The notes under the pieces were generated by a model that did not search any database, was not told where the DNA came from, and saw only the letters and a program-made list of their open reading frames with translations. A stretch of 64,000 nt of DNA from an uncultured cyanobacterium (GTDB taxonomy: Bacteria > Cyanobacteriota > Cyanobacteriia > PCC-9006 > JAAUQQ01), in assembly GCA_963718615.1 (NCBI GenBank), contig OY970368.1, positions 416,001 to 480,000 of the forward strand, given 5' to 3'. Shown piece after piece: positions 19,281-30,566 of the stretch (positions are counted from its first letter, which is position 1; every line of letters begins with the position of its first letter). Made by a program: the position numbers and the translations under genes.

Positions 19281-20258
19281 TTGACTGTGTTTGTCTTCTC
19301 TTTTCCCGCTAAATTGTTGAAATCCTGGGCGATCGCCGGACGCCAAATTAGCCTCAGTGCGTTATTTGGCCTGAGTCTCAGCGGCTGTCAAACGCTGCCA
19401 AGCGCCTTCGTCGCCAGGGATGGCCTCGCCTGGGCTGGAGTCCGTGATTTTGCCCCTATGCAACTGGAATATCAGGTTCATCAGCTACCCACGAGTACGG
19501 TTTATACCCTGCGGATTCCCCTGGGATCGCGGTTTGAGCTGCGGGTTGAGGCGGACCCCGGCTTGGCTGCGGTGGAAGTGTTAGCACAGCGGGGGGGAGG
19601 GGCGATCGCAGGCATCAACGCCGGTTTCTTTGACCCCGCCAATGGCCAAACCACTGCCTACATCATTCAGGAGGGTATCCTCACGGGCGATCCCCAGCAA
19701 AATCAGCAGCTCATGACCAATGCTGGGATTCAGACTTATCTCCCCCAGGTCCTCAATCGCAGCGAATTCCGGCGCTATCGCTGTGGTGAAACCACTCGCT
19801 ATGCCATTACGTCCCATGACACAGAGGTTCCGTCCGACTGCCTGCTCACCGATGCCGTGGGGGCCGGTCCCCAGCTTTTGCCCCGGTTGAATGCTGAGGA
19901 AGAGGCTTTTTGGCATGAAGTAGAGGGCAAAATCAAGCGGGATCCCATTGGACTGTATCGACCCAATGCCCGTAGTGCGATCGCCCTCACGGCCAACGGC
20001 GATGTCATCCTAGCCATGGCGGCCCAAATTCCCGGCTCCGGCTCGGGTTTAACGCTGCCCGAGTTGGCGGATTTTTTGCAGACCCAGGGAGCCATCAGCG
20101 CGCTCAATCTGGATGGGGGCAGTTCTAGCGCACTCTACTATTCCCCCACAACTCACTACGGCAAATTCGATACCGAAGGACAAGCGGTGCGTCGGGCAGT
20201 CAAGTCTGCCCTGATTGTTCGACCCCCTCAAGATCCTCCTCAAGATCCTGCGCCATGA
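19281..20258 (+). CDS. Phosphodiester glycosidase (NAGPA-like) protein
   Basis: INAGFFDP, GAGPQL, ARSAI, ALNLDGGSS; start uncertain. Confidence 0.85.
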   Translation: MTVFVFSFPAKLLKSWAIAGRQISLSALFGLSLSGCQTLPSAFVARDGLAWAGVRDFAPMQLEYQVHQLPTSTVYTLRIPLGSRFELRVEADPGLAAVEVLAQRGGGAIAGINAGFFDPANGQTTAYIIQEGILTGDPQQNQQLMTNAGIQTYLPQVLNRSEFRRYRCGETTRYAITSHDTEVPSDCLLTDAVGAGPQLLPRLNAEEEAFWHEVEGKIKRDPIGLYRPNARSAIALTANGDVILAMAAQIPGSGSGLTLPELADFLQTQGAISALNLDGGSSSALYYSPTTHYGKFDTEGQAVRRAVKSALIVRPPQDPPQDPAP

Positions 20259-22267
20259 TTCCCAACACCATTCCCCTCCGCCTGTGTTTGATTGTGCCCT
20301 TCGTGATTCAGACCATTGGCACTGTGGGATTGGTGGGGTATCTGTCGTTTCGCAATGGTGAATCGGCGGTTCAGCAGATGGCCAGCGAACTGCGTCAGGC
20401 GACGACGCAACGGGTTGAGCAACATTTGGAGGGCTTTTTGCAAGCCTCGGTCTCGACGGTGGAAACCAATGCGATCGCCGCCACCCTCGGTCAATTGCAG
20501 ATGGAAGACTGGGACCGCAGTCGACGCTATTTCCTCAAACAGCTTCAGGTCTTGCCGAATATTGATGGTCTTTACATTGGCAACGAACAGGGACAATTTC
20601 TCTGTGCCTGTGGCAGTGAAGAATTCGGCGTCGTCGAAAAAACCGTGGTGGAATCGCCCCAGCGGGAGCTTTATCGGCTAAACCCTGAGGGCGATCGCCA
20701 AGCCCTGCTCAAACTCGATACCTATGATCCCCGTCTGCGCCCTTGGTATCTCAGTACGCAACGCTATCAGGCAACGAACTGGAGCGATATTTATGCCTTC
20801 ACCGATGGCTCCCTAGGGATTACCGCTGCCGCCCCGATTTATGATCCGACCCACCAAACCTTTTTGGGGGTGGCCGGGGCCGATGTCCGACTCCAACAAA
20901 TCGGTGAATTTCTCCAGGCCCTGCCGCTCAGCGCCCAAAGCGAAATTTTTATTGTGGAGCGATCGGGGCTGTTGGTGGCTTCATCGGAGGAGCGGGGTCT
21001 GGAGCCTGCGGTTGCTTCCCCTGAAAACCCTGAAAGTCAGCGGATTGAGGCGATCGCCAGCCACGATCCTCGGGTCCAAGCCACTGCCCGGTATGTCCAA
21101 GACCATCTGCAAGGCTTTGGGGCGATTCGACAGCCCCAGTCGTTTGACTTTAATTGGGAGGGAGATATCCGTCATCCAGAGGCAACCGATCACCAGGGCG
21201 ATCGCCAGTTTGTCCAAATTTTGCCCTATCAGCATCAGCGGGGTCTTGACTGGTTGATTGTAGTGGTGGTCCCCGAACAGGATTTCATGGGACAAATTCA
21301 GGCCAATACGCGCACCACGCTCCAGCTCTGCGGTGCTGCCTTGGGGGTTTCGATTTTGTCCGGAATGATATTGGCTCGGTTGTTAAGTGCACCGATTCAG
21401 CGGTTCAGTCGCGCTGCCTACGCCATCAGTGCGGGGAACCTCGCGCCGGTCGAACAACGCAGCCGTATTCGAGAGGTGGAAATTTTGACCCGATCCTTTA
21501 ACCGGATGACGCGCAATCTCCAAGCCTCCTTTCAGGCCCTAGAAGAAGCCAATAGCCATCTTGAAGAGCGGGTGGTTCAACGGACGGCTGAGTTGCAAAG
21601 CGAAAAGGAAAAGTCGGAGCAACTGTTGCTCAATATCTTGCCGCGCAAAATCGCGGAACAGCTCAAAAATAGTCAGGAGCCCATTGCCAAAAGCTTTGAA
21701 GAAGTCAGCATTCTCTTTGCCGATATTGTTGGCTTTACACCCCTTGCTTCGGAATATTCCGCTACCAAAATTGTTCAGTTGCTTAATGAACTGTTCTGTC
21801 GATTTGATGCCCTAGCTGAACGGCATGGCTTGGAAAAAATCAAGACCATTGGGGATGCCTATATGGTCGCTGCCGGGTTACCCGAGGAGCGGGTGGACCA
21901 TGCAGAGGCGATCGCCACCATGGCCCTCGATATGCGGACAGCGGTCCAGGATTTTTCCCGGCAGGTGGGGTTAGACCTCGCGCTACGCATTGGCATCAAT
22001 TCCGGGATGGTGGTCGGTGGCGTGATTGGCAAGAAAAAGTTTATTTATGACCTCTGGGGCGATACTGTGAATATCGCTTCCCGCATGGAATCCAGCGGTG
22101 AGGCCCACTGCATTCAGCTCAGCGAAGCCACCTACGCCCGTCTGCGGCCCGATACGTTTCGCTGTGAGGCTCGGGGGGAGATCACGGTTAAAGGAAAAGG
22201 ACGGATGAATACCTATTGGCTCTTGGATCAGCCCTCGGTACCGGAGGCTCTTTTAGCGAGGGTTTAG
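20255..22267 (+). CDS. Membrane class III adenylate/guanylate cyclase with Cache and HAMP domains
   Basis: YDPRLRPWY Cache, HAMP, LFADIVGFT, EKIKTIGDAYM, YDLWGDTVNIASRMES. Confidence 0.92.
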   Translation: MIPNTIPLRLCLIVPFVIQTIGTVGLVGYLSFRNGESAVQQMASELRQATTQRVEQHLEGFLQASVSTVETNAIAATLGQLQMEDWDRSRRYFLKQLQVLPNIDGLYIGNEQGQFLCACGSEEFGVVEKTVVESPQRELYRLNPEGDRQALLKLDTYDPRLRPWYLSTQRYQATNWSDIYAFTDGSLGITAAAPIYDPTHQTFLGVAGADVRLQQIGEFLQALPLSAQSEIFIVERSGLLVASSEERGLEPAVASPENPESQRIEAIASHDPRVQATARYVQDHLQGFGAIRQPQSFDFNWEGDIRHPEATDHQGDRQFVQILPYQHQRGLDWLIVVVVPEQDFMGQIQANTRTTLQLCGAALGVSILSGMILARLLSAPIQRFSRAAYAISAGNLAPVEQRSRIREVEILTRSFNRMTRNLQASFQALEEANSHLEERVVQRTAELQSEKEKSEQLLLNILPRKIAEQLKNSQEPIAKSFEEVSILFADIVGFTPLASEYSATKIVQLLNELFCRFDALAERHGLEKIKTIGDAYMVAAGLPEERVDHAEAIATMALDMRTAVQDFSRQVGLDLALRIGINSGMVVGGVIGKKKFIYDLWGDTVNIASRMESSGEAHCIQLSEATYARLRPDTFRCEARGEITVKGKGRMNTYWLLDQPSVPEALLARV

Positions 22268-22316
22268 GGCTCGGGGATTAGGGTTCGGGGATTAGGGCTT
22301 GGGGATTAGGAATTAG
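22261..22316 (+). repeat. Short tandem repeat (14-bp unit GGATTAGGGYTYGG, STRR-like)
   Basis: About 3.5 tandem units between convergent genes. Confidence 0.7.
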
Positions 22317-22319
22317 AGG

Positions 22320-23042
22320 TTATTCGGCGATGGGGGCAGGGCGCGATCGCAGGATTTGTTGCTCTACCCCCACAATTTCATCAATTCGCGTTTGCAACTC
22401 CTGAATTTTTTGCTTGTAGGGATATTTGCGAGCCAAGGCCGCTCGGGCCAAGTCTTCCCGATTTTGTTGGAGGGCGGCTCGGGCGGTGCGATCCCAGGCT
22501 TCGGCTTCGTGGCGGGCCTGGTCAAGTTCCGCCTGTTGTTCTTGGTGGGCGGTTTGAATTTGGGCGATCGCCGCCTGCCAATAGTGACTCGCCAGGGTCG
22601 GATCCGCAGCGCTCTTGGCCTGCTCCATCAGTTTAGAGACGCCGTAGACCCCGGCAGCGGCGATCGCCGGAGCCGCAAACACGCCCCCCAGCAACATTCC
22701 CCCCAAAACACCCCCTGCTGCCGCCGCTGCCACCACCGTATCCACCTGTTCGCTGCGATGTTTCCCGGTTTTGCACCAGTAGGCAAAATGCTCACAGTTA
22801 TTAAAGACAATGTGATAATCCCGTTCCCCTACCCGGCTCATGGCACGCTGGACCACCACTTCCGGTGGATCAGACAAGGGGTAGGGTTTGACCCAAATCT
22901 CTTGACCCAGGGCAAAAAAGGGACGTGAACTGCGGGTAATCGCTTCCCCCTCGCGATAGTGAATTACCGTGCCATCACCACAGTCGATGCCGTGGTGGGT
23001 ATAGGCTCCCCGCGACACATAAAGATGATCGCCTTTGGCCAT
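22320..23042 (-). CDS. LRAT/NlpC-P60-type acyltransferase fused to PspA/Vipp1-like helical segment
   Basis: YTHHGIDCGDGTVIHY and NNCEHFA catalytic motifs; C-terminal WDRTARAALQQNREDLARAALARK. Confidence 0.8.
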   Translation of the reverse strand: MAKGDHLYVSRGAYTHHGIDCGDGTVIHYREGEAITRSSRPFFALGQEIWVKPYPLSDPPEVVVQRAMSRVGERDYHIVFNNCEHFAYWCKTGKHRSEQVDTVVAAAAAGGVLGGMLLGGVFAAPAIAAAGVYGVSKLMEQAKSAADPTLASHYWQAAIAQIQTAHQEQQAELDQARHEAEAWDRTARAALQQNREDLARAALARKYPYKQKIQELQTRIDEIVGVEQQILRSRPAPIAE

Positions 23043-23114
23043 GGCTGAAGGTCCTTAAGGAATGACAAAAATGGTTCACCCGGCTGGGCTTGACTGACCC
23101 TAGATGGTTGTAGC

Positions 23115-24044
23115 TTAGCTTGCGAGAGACTGCTCTTCCGGGGCGTTAGCCGTACGGTTGAAGTGTAAATCTCCGTCATTGCGGCCTAAAAACTGATCCA
23201 CACAGCGTTGATAGGCGATCGGATCTTCCAGCATCGGGAAATGGGCTGTGCCTGCTAACACTTCGTATTGGATCCGTTGGGGATTGACTTGGGCCGCATT
23301 GGCTCCCAGTTCAGGGGGAATGATAATGTCATGCTCGCCGGACAGCAGCAATGTCGGCACATCGATCGCCCGAAACCGACTGGGCATTTCTTCAGCAGCC
23401 TGCTGGCTCACCACAGAGTAAAGCGTTCCCAGGGCAGCGGCCTGATCGGCCATTAGATAATCTTCCAAAAAGGCTTGACTTTCTCCATCGGGCAAAGCCT
23501 GGTGCAGAAACCGCGCCATAAACATGCGATTGGCAAAGGGGATTTTGCTCAGCCAAGCGGGGCGCAGCTTGACGACATACCCACCAAACCGATGAAACGC
23601 TGCAAACGCCAGTTTTTCGTACTTAAAAATTCCACCACAGGTCAAAATCGCCTGCTCCACCCGTGCAGAATGCTGGGCTAAGAACACCGTGGCGATCGAG
23701 GTTCCCATAGAATGGGCATGAAGCCACACCCGATCTAGGTGCAACACCTCAAACAGAGCTAATAGATCTGCCGCATAGCTATCCACGCTGTAGTCTTTGG
23801 GATAGTTGGCAAAGGGAAAATCGGGCGTGGCGGCGGGCTTGCTATGGGAGCGACCAAAGCCCCGCAGGTCGTAGAGCAGGCAATCAAAGCGATCGCTCAT
23901 CCGTCTAGCGGTGGCCTCCCAGTATCGAGCCGATCCCCCCCAACCATGGACAAAGACCATCACCGGCTTGCCGGTCGGTGTTTCTCCCCGGCTGGTGATC
24001 CACTCATAATAGTGGGCAACATTGCGAACTGCGACGAAGGGCAT
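23115..24044 (-). CDS. Alpha/beta hydrolase
   Basis: VHGWGGS, YDLRGFGRS, AHSMG, HFPMLEDP. Confidence 0.9.
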   Translation of the reverse strand: MPFVAVRNVAHYYEWITSRGETPTGKPVMVFVHGWGGSARYWEATARRMSDRFDCLLYDLRGFGRSHSKPAATPDFPFANYPKDYSVDSYAADLLALFEVLHLDRVWLHAHSMGTSIATVFLAQHSARVEQAILTCGGIFKYEKLAFAAFHRFGGYVVKLRPAWLSKIPFANRMFMARFLHQALPDGESQAFLEDYLMADQAAALGTLYSVVSQQAAEEMPSRFRAIDVPTLLLSGEHDIIIPPELGANAAQVNPQRIQYEVLAGTAHFPMLEDPIAYQRCVDQFLGRNDGDLHFNRTANAPEEQSLAS

Positions 24045-24061
24045 GTCTAGATCCTCTTAAC

Positions 24062-25408
24062 CTAAGCCGACTCTGGCTTAGGCATGGATGAAGGATGCAC
24101 AATCAACTCTGCCGTCGATCGCTTCTCGACCATCTCCCTGGTAATCATGCAGTGATTGACATCCTTTCGAGAGGGGAGCTCGTACATGACATCGAGCATG
24201 ATCTCTTCGACAATACCCCGGAGTGCACGGGCACCGGTTTTGCGACGATAGGCTTCGCGGGCGATCGCCCGCAGGGCATCCGCCCGAAATTCCAAATGTA
24301 CATTGTCCATGCGCATCAGCTCACAATATTGCTTCACCAACGCGTCCTTGGGCTCAGTCAAAATCGCCGTGAGGGCGTCCTCGTCTAGCGGCGCAAGGGC
24401 TGCCGTCACCGGCAAGCGGCCAATGAATTCCGGAATCATGCCAAATTTGACAATATCCTCCGGCTCCAAATACCGGAGCAAGTCTGCCGAACGTCGATCA
24501 CGGGTCTGACCATCCCCTTGAATAAAGCCGATCGACTTCTTACCCATGCGTTGCTCGATCACCTTATCGAGGCCAACAAAGGCCCCACCGCAGACAAAGA
24601 GAATGTTGCTGGTATCAATTTGGATGCAGTCTTGGTAGGGGTGCTTCCGGCCCCCCTGAGGCGGCACATTGGCAATGGTTCCCTCCAGCATCTTCAATAG
24701 AGCTTGCTGCACGCCTTCGCCAGAGACATCGCGCGTAATCGATGGATTCTCACTCTTCCGAGCAATCTTGTCGATTTCGTCAATGTAAATAATGCCGCGC
24801 TGGGCTTCTTCCACATCCAGATCAGCAACCTGTAGAAGCCGTAGCAAAATGTTTTCGACATCTTCCCCTACGTACCCCGCTTCCGTCAGGGTCGTGGCAT
24901 CAGCCACCGCAAAAGGCACATCAAGCAATCGGGCCAAGGTTTGAGCTAACAGCGTCTTGCCGCTGCCGGTCGGCCCAATCAAGAGAATGTTTGACTTTTG
25001 GAGTTGAATCGGATCACTGTCAGTATTGGTACCCGCAGCGACCCCTTGATGGAAGCTCAGCCGCTTGTAGTGGTTATAAACCGCAACGGACAGAACTTTT
25101 TTGGCTTCATGTTGGCCAATGACATGCTGGTCGAGGTACTTCTTAATCTCCCGAGGTTTCGGGACTTGACTCATGGAGAGAGGGGTCGATCGCGTCTTCC
25201 GCTTTTCAGGCGGAGTTTCTCGACGGGGCGTTGGCGCAGGCTGCGAGGGCATCGTCCCCGAGTCAAACAGCTCTTCGTCGAGAATTTCATTGCAAAGGTC
25301 AACACACTCATCGCAAATATAGACTCCCGGCCCTGCGATTAGCTTCCGAACTTGCTCCTGCGACTTACCGCAGAACGAACATTTGAGGTGGGAGTCATAC
25401 TTGGACAT
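24062..25408 (-). CDS. clpX: ATP-dependent Clp protease ATPase subunit ClpX
   Basis: CSFCGK zinc finger, [18 protein letters not shown] loop. Confidence 0.98.
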   Translation of the reverse strand: MSKYDSHLKCSFCGKSQEQVRKLIAGPGVYICDECVDLCNEILDEELFDSGTMPSQPAPTPRRETPPEKRKTRSTPLSMSQVPKPREIKKYLDQHVIGQHEAKKVLSVAVYNHYKRLSFHQGVAAGTNTDSDPIQLQKSNILLIGPTGSGKTLLAQTLARLLDVPFAVADATTLTEAGYVGEDVENILLRLLQVADLDVEEAQRGIIYIDEIDKIARKSENPSITRDVSGEGVQQALLKMLEGTIANVPPQGGRKHPYQDCIQIDTSNILFVCGGAFVGLDKVIEQRMGKKSIGFIQGDGQTRDRRSADLLRYLEPEDIVKFGMIPEFIGRLPVTAALAPLDEDALTAILTEPKDALVKQYCELMRMDNVHLEFRADALRAIAREAYRRKTGARALRGIVEEIMLDVMYELPSRKDVNHCMITREMVEKRSTAELIVHPSSMPKPESA

Positions 25409-25416
25409 GAGACCTT

Positions 25417-26157
25417 TTACTCCACGGGTGCGACGGCAACAACAGGCTTCGACAAGACACGGTCAATTAAGCCATATTCGCGAGACTCATCAGCGGACAT
25501 GAAGAAGTCCCTCTCCGTATCTTCTTCAATCCGACTGAGGGGCTGTCCGGTATGGCACGCCAGTAACTCATTCAACACACGCTTATGATAAAGAATTTCG
25601 CGGGCCTGAATCTCAATATCAACCGCTTGTCCCTGAGCACCGCCTAGGGGTTGGTGAATCATAATGCGGGAGTTCGGCAACGACAAACGTTTGCCCTTTG
25701 CCCCACCCGACAGTAAAAAGGCTCCCATACTAGCTGCCAATCCAAAGCAAATGGTTACCACATCAGGAGCCACCTGCTGCATGGTGTCATAAATCGCCAT
25801 CCCCGCCGTCACGGAACCGCCGGGACTGTTGATGTAGAGCTGAATATCCTTTTCGGAATCCTCCGCTTCGAGGAAGAGCAACTGAGCCACAATCGAGTCA
25901 GCCACGTTGTCGTCTACGGGCGTCCCCAGAAATACGATGCGCTCCCGCAGCAGACGCGAATAAATATCAAAGGCTCGCTCGCCCCGACCGGATTGCTCAA
26001 CCACCATTGGAACAATTGCCAAGGGCTGAACGAGTCGAGCGGGAGGCTGGACACTAGAAAACATGGAATAGGTCTGCAAGCCTCGCTGGTTCTCAGAAGA
26101 GAGACTCAAACTTGAAGCCTGGGAATAGAGGGGATCGGGAAACTGAGAAGACAGCAT
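25417..26157 (-). CDS. clpP: Clp protease proteolytic subunit
   Basis: [33 protein letters not shown]; start uncertain. Confidence 0.97.
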   Translation of the reverse strand: MLSSQFPDPLYSQASSLSLSSENQRGLQTYSMFSSVQPPARLVQPLAIVPMVVEQSGRGERAFDIYSRLLRERIVFLGTPVDDNVADSIVAQLLFLEAEDSEKDIQLYINSPGGSVTAGMAIYDTMQQVAPDVVTICFGLAASMGAFLLSGGAKGKRLSLPNSRIMIHQPLGGAQGQAVDIEIQAREILYHKRVLNELLACHTGQPLSRIEEDTERDFFMSADESREYGLIDRVLSKPVVAVAPVE

Positions 26158-26342
26158 AGAGACGTGAAAAATGGACCGTTATAGCACCCAGCAAACTGGA
26201 ACCAGGGTTGGGCAATGCCAGCCCTGGACTTCATTATGCCTTAACTCACTCAGCACCGGTTGAACCGGGCGAATCTCTTATAACACCTCCCTGAGTCAAA
26301 TGCCCAGCGGTTAAACGACAACCTTGAGAGCACGCTAGGGTG

Positions 26343-27770
26343 CTAGGTCTCGTCATCCGCCACTTCTACGTCGACAGCCACCGCTTCTTCGTCATCCTCC
26401 TCGTCCTCGTCGTCCTCAGCGGCTGGAGGGGTAAGGGTACCTTCCGGAACCAGTTCGACGGTTGAATGCTCTTCTAGCCAAGCCATAATCTTGTCTTTGA
26501 GCAGATCTTCTTCAACGACGGCACGGAGACGAGACATATCCAGCTTGCCAGTGTCTTCCTGGGTGTTCTCCAAAACCTCGGCGACTTTGGCGTCGATTTC
26601 TTCAGCGTCGACTTGAATCGATTCTTGCTTGGCGATTTCTCCGAGGGAGAGGGTTCGCTTGAGGCGATCGATCGCATCCGGACGAGCCTGTTCACGGAAC
26701 TTTTCAACTAACTCCGCATTGAGCATCCGATTCACATCGATGCCCTGCTCACTCAAACTCATCATCGTTTGCCGCAGAATAAAATCGCTCTCCCGAGCAA
26801 TCAACGTTTCAGGCAGCTCGACCTCAATCTGTTCCGTCAAAGCGGTGTAGAACGCTTCTTCCTTATTGCGCTTGGTCCGTTGATCTGCCTCATTTTGATA
26901 ACGCTGTTCGAGGCTTTCCTGCAGCTCAGCTAAGGTCTCAAAATCACTCACCTCTTGGGCAAAGTCATCATTGAGCTCCGGCAGCTCCCGCATTTTGAGC
27001 TCCTTGAGCGTGACATCAAAGGTGGCGGCCCTGCCTGCGACTTCGGCTTGGGGATAGTCTGCTGGGAAGGTTGCTTGAATTTGCTTGTTCTCGCCCGGCT
27101 CCATACCCACGATGCCGTCGATAAACCCTGGAATAAACCGGCCCTCTGACAGCTCTACCTGGAAGTCTTCCCCCTTGCCGCCTGGAATCTCCTCAGGCTC
27201 TGCATCCTCAGGCGCATCTTCTGGGAGATCTAAGTGACCCACAAAGTCGATAATGGCAACATCGTCCAGTTGGGCCGCTCGCTCTTCAACGGGCACTAGC
27301 GTGGCCATCTGTTTGCGGTAATCTTCGAGGACTTTGTCTGCCTTGCCGGCTTCGGGCTGAATCTCTTCTGCTTGAATGGAGAGGCCCTTGTAGGTCTTTA
27401 GGGTGGGGGTGGGGGCTACATCGACTGAGGCGGAGAACGTCATGCTCTCACCGGGCTTAAAGGCTTCAATTAGCTCCTCAAAGGAAGAGCGCAGTTTGTA
27501 GTTGCCCAGGGCTTGAATTTCCTCTTGTTCGATCGCCTGATCAACCCCCTTCTGCACCAACTCTTCGATGGCGGAGGCTTTGACGCGAGCACTTCCCAGT
27601 CGCTGCACTAAGATATGGCGAGGGACTTTGCCTTTACGAAACCCAGGAAGGCTGACCTGACGAGCGAGTTTGGTCAGCGTCTGTTCGTATACTTGCTTGG
27701 AGAGGTCGCCAGGAACTTCTATCTCAAGTCCAAGCTGGCTATCTGGCAGTTTTTCCTGGGTGACTTTCAT
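26343..27770 (-). CDS. tig: Trigger factor
   Basis: PGFRKGKVP, FKBP domain FIPGF, upstream of clpP-clpX. Confidence 0.97.
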   Translation of the reverse strand: MKVTQEKLPDSQLGLEIEVPGDLSKQVYEQTLTKLARQVSLPGFRKGKVPRHILVQRLGSARVKASAIEELVQKGVDQAIEQEEIQALGNYKLRSSFEELIEAFKPGESMTFSASVDVAPTPTLKTYKGLSIQAEEIQPEAGKADKVLEDYRKQMATLVPVEERAAQLDDVAIIDFVGHLDLPEDAPEDAEPEEIPGGKGEDFQVELSEGRFIPGFIDGIVGMEPGENKQIQATFPADYPQAEVAGRAATFDVTLKELKMRELPELNDDFAQEVSDFETLAELQESLEQRYQNEADQRTKRNKEEAFYTALTEQIEVELPETLIARESDFILRQTMMSLSEQGIDVNRMLNAELVEKFREQARPDAIDRLKRTLSLGEIAKQESIQVDAEEIDAKVAEVLENTQEDTGKLDMSRLRAVVEEDLLKDKIMAWLEEHSTVELVPEGTLTPPAAEDDEDEEDDEEAVAVDVEVADDET

Positions 27771-28061
27771 TCAATCTAGACTCTAGCAATGGGCAACGAT
27801 TTAATCCAACCATATATATTAGCCGAAGGCGTGAGAACTGTACGCCGAGAACTGATATAAATGGTTGCAAGTCCTGCAAGCACCGTGCCTGAATACGGTA
27901 GCATTTACAGGAAGTCAAAGTCGCCTCAGTTGTTTCTCTGAAATTTCAGCATTTTGAGATAAAGATTTGTAACGCAGTTGTCAGTCTTGCCATGGTTTGA
28001 AAGCCGTTGTTTGGAAGCCGTTGTTTGAAAAAGTGTTTGAAAAGGTGAGGAGGCTATTCAC

Positions 28062-29099
28062 TTGTCGCAGTCCTATCGAGTCGCAGTTCTAGGCGCAACG
28101 GGTGCCGTCGGCACTGAATTGTTGGAACTACTGGAAAGTCGTCAATTTCCCCTGTCGCATTTGAAGCTGTTGGCTTCGCCTCGGTCCGCCGGGAGTGAGC
28201 TGCGTTTTGCTGGGGAGAGGCTAAAAATTGAAGCCGTGACAGAGATGTCGTTCAAAGATATTGATCTCGTTCTGGCTTCTGCGGGGGGGAGTACTTCAAA
28301 GCAGTGGGCTCCCGTCGCGGTCAAGGCCGGTGCGGTCATGATTGATAACTCCAGCGCGTTTCGGATGCAGCCAGAGGTGCCATTAGTGGTTCCGGAAGTG
28401 AATCCTGAGGCGGCCAAGGGACATGCTGGCATTATTGCCAATCCTAACTGCACGACGATTTTGATGGCTGTAGCGCTCTGGCCCCTGCACCAACAGATTC
28501 CCATTCGGCGACTGATTGTCTCAACCTATCAGTCTGCGAGTGGTGCGGGGGCAAGGGCCATGGAAGAGCTAAAAACCCAGAGTCAGGCGGTGTTAAACGG
28601 CGAAACGCCGCAACCGGAGATTCTGCCCTATCCCCTGGCCTTCAATTTGTTTCCCCATAATTCGCCCTTGAACGAGGCCGGATATTGCGAGGAAGAGATG
28701 AAGATGGTTAACGAGACCCGCAAGATCTTTGGCAATTCCACGATGCAGATTTCGGCGACCTGTGTACGGGTTCCCGTACTCCGTGCCCATTCTGAAGCCA
28801 TCAACATTGAGTTTGAGCAGCCTTTCTCAGTGGCTAAAGCCCGTGAACTGATCAACCAAGCACCCGGTGTCAAGCTGGTGGAAGACTGGCAGGCCAACTA
28901 TTTTCCGATGCCCATGGAGGCCAGTGGCCAAGATGATGTGCTGGTGGGGCGAATTCGTCAGGATCTGTCCTGCGATCGCGGTCTAGAGCTATGGATTTGT
29001 GGGGACCAGATCCGTAAAGGGGCGGCGCTCAATGCCATCCAGATTGCGGAACTTTTGGCCCAGCGACAATGGTTGACAGTCCCTGCGGCGATCGCCTAG
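28062..29099 (+). CDS. asd: Aspartate-semialdehyde dehydrogenase
   Basis: GATGAVG, IIANPNCTT, KGAALNAIQIAE. Confidence 0.97.
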   Translation: MSQSYRVAVLGATGAVGTELLELLESRQFPLSHLKLLASPRSAGSELRFAGERLKIEAVTEMSFKDIDLVLASAGGSTSKQWAPVAVKAGAVMIDNSSAFRMQPEVPLVVPEVNPEAAKGHAGIIANPNCTTILMAVALWPLHQQIPIRRLIVSTYQSASGAGARAMEELKTQSQAVLNGETPQPEILPYPLAFNLFPHNSPLNEAGYCEEEMKMVNETRKIFGNSTMQISATCVRVPVLRAHSEAINIEFEQPFSVAKARELINQAPGVKLVEDWQANYFPMPMEASGQDDVLVGRIRQDLSCDRGLELWICGDQIRKGAALNAIQIAELLAQRQWLTVPAAIA

Positions 29100-29187
29100 C
29101 CCAGTCCCCGCTCTCCATCCGTTTGCAGCCTTTCAGGTCTTTTCAGGGCTTTTCAGGTATTGTATAGACGTTTTAGTGAGGCAGTGA

Positions 29188-30081
29188 GTGAGTAACTTCG
29201 GACGTGTTCTCACAGCAATGGTCACTCCCTTCAATGGGGAGGGAGCCGTCAATTACGCAGTGGCTGAGGCGCTGGCCGATTATTTGGCTAACCATGGCAC
29301 TGATACGCTTGTGATTTGTGGGACGACGGGGGAGTCGCCCACCCTCTCCTGGGATGAGGAATATGAACTCTTCAAGGTGGTGAAAGCGACCGTGGCGGGG
29401 AAGGCTAAGGTGATGGCGGGCACTGGCTCCAACTCCACCCGTGAGGCGATCGCCGCCACCCGCAAGGCCCAGGATCTGGGGCTTGACGGTACGTTGCAAG
29501 TGGTGCCGTACTACAACAAGCCGCCCCAGGAAGGGCTATATCGCCATTTTCGGGCGATCGCCGAGGCCTGTCCTGACATCCCCATGATGATCTACAACAT
29601 CCCTGGACGAACCGGCCAAAATCTCCACCCTGAAACCACTGTGCGTCTGGCAGAAGTCCCGAGCATTGTTGCGATCAAGGAAGCGAGTGGTAGTCTAGAG
29701 CAAGCGACGCAAATCAGAAGACTGGCACCTTCTGAGTTTGCGATCTATGCTGGAGATGACGCGTTGACATTACCGATGCTCTCCGTGGGCAGTCAAGGTA
29801 TCGTTAGTGTTGCCAGCCATTTGGTGGGTAACCTAATCCAAGAGATGGTTCAGGCCTTTGAAACGGGTCACAATGCGACAGCGATCGCCATCCATCTCAA
29901 ACTCCAACCTCTCTACAAGTCTCTATTCCTTATGACCAACCCGATTCCAATCAAAACTGCGCTTCGATTGCAGGGCTGGGATGTGGGAACGGTTCGCCCG
30001 CCGCTATGGGACGACTCCGAAGACTTAGCGCAAACCTTAAGGGCGGTTTTGGAGCAATTAGGCATTGCCAGTAGGGTGTAA
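29188..30081 (+). CDS. dapA: 4-hydroxy-tetrahydrodipicolinate synthase
   Basis: [28 protein letters not shown]. Confidence 0.97.
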   Translation: MSNFGRVLTAMVTPFNGEGAVNYAVAEALADYLANHGTDTLVICGTTGESPTLSWDEEYELFKVVKATVAGKAKVMAGTGSNSTREAIAATRKAQDLGLDGTLQVVPYYNKPPQEGLYRHFRAIAEACPDIPMMIYNIPGRTGQNLHPETTVRLAEVPSIVAIKEASGSLEQATQIRRLAPSEFAIYAGDDALTLPMLSVGSQGIVSVASHLVGNLIQEMVQAFETGHNATAIAIHLKLQPLYKSLFLMTNPIPIKTALRLQGWDVGTVRPPLWDDSEDLAQTLRAVLEQLGIASRV

Positions 30082-30566
30082 ATGCATCAGGTTTTTCATC
30101 CAAGTTTTTTTCAGCCGATTGGTTTGGGCAAATCTGCTTTCTCATGGCCCAAGCCTTACCTGTATGGGGTGTCAGAGTCCGTCCAGCAGGGAATCAACTG
30201 CGGGGAAATTGCAGAAACTGCGAAGAATTGAACGTTTATCACGATGCCATCGCCCAGTTCAGTCTTAGTCCCGCTTTAGCCCCACCTTCTAGCTTCTCGA
30301 CCAGCGCAAACAACGCTCTAGAAAGATCCAGACCCTAGTCAAACTTTATAAAAACAACCCTAGATTGATACCCATGACTTAAATCTAAATTGAACGATTT
30401 CCCTTAAAAATATCGAGCGTGTCGGAGTCCCAGAAGGGCCTCCACAAGCGACCTTGCCCCAGGTTTGGATGAGCGATCGCTCATCCCCACGGCGTCGCTT
30501 CCTCTTCATCCACGCCTACACAAGTTTCGTTTCCCATTGTTTGAGTTGAAAAAGCTAAGGAGATTT

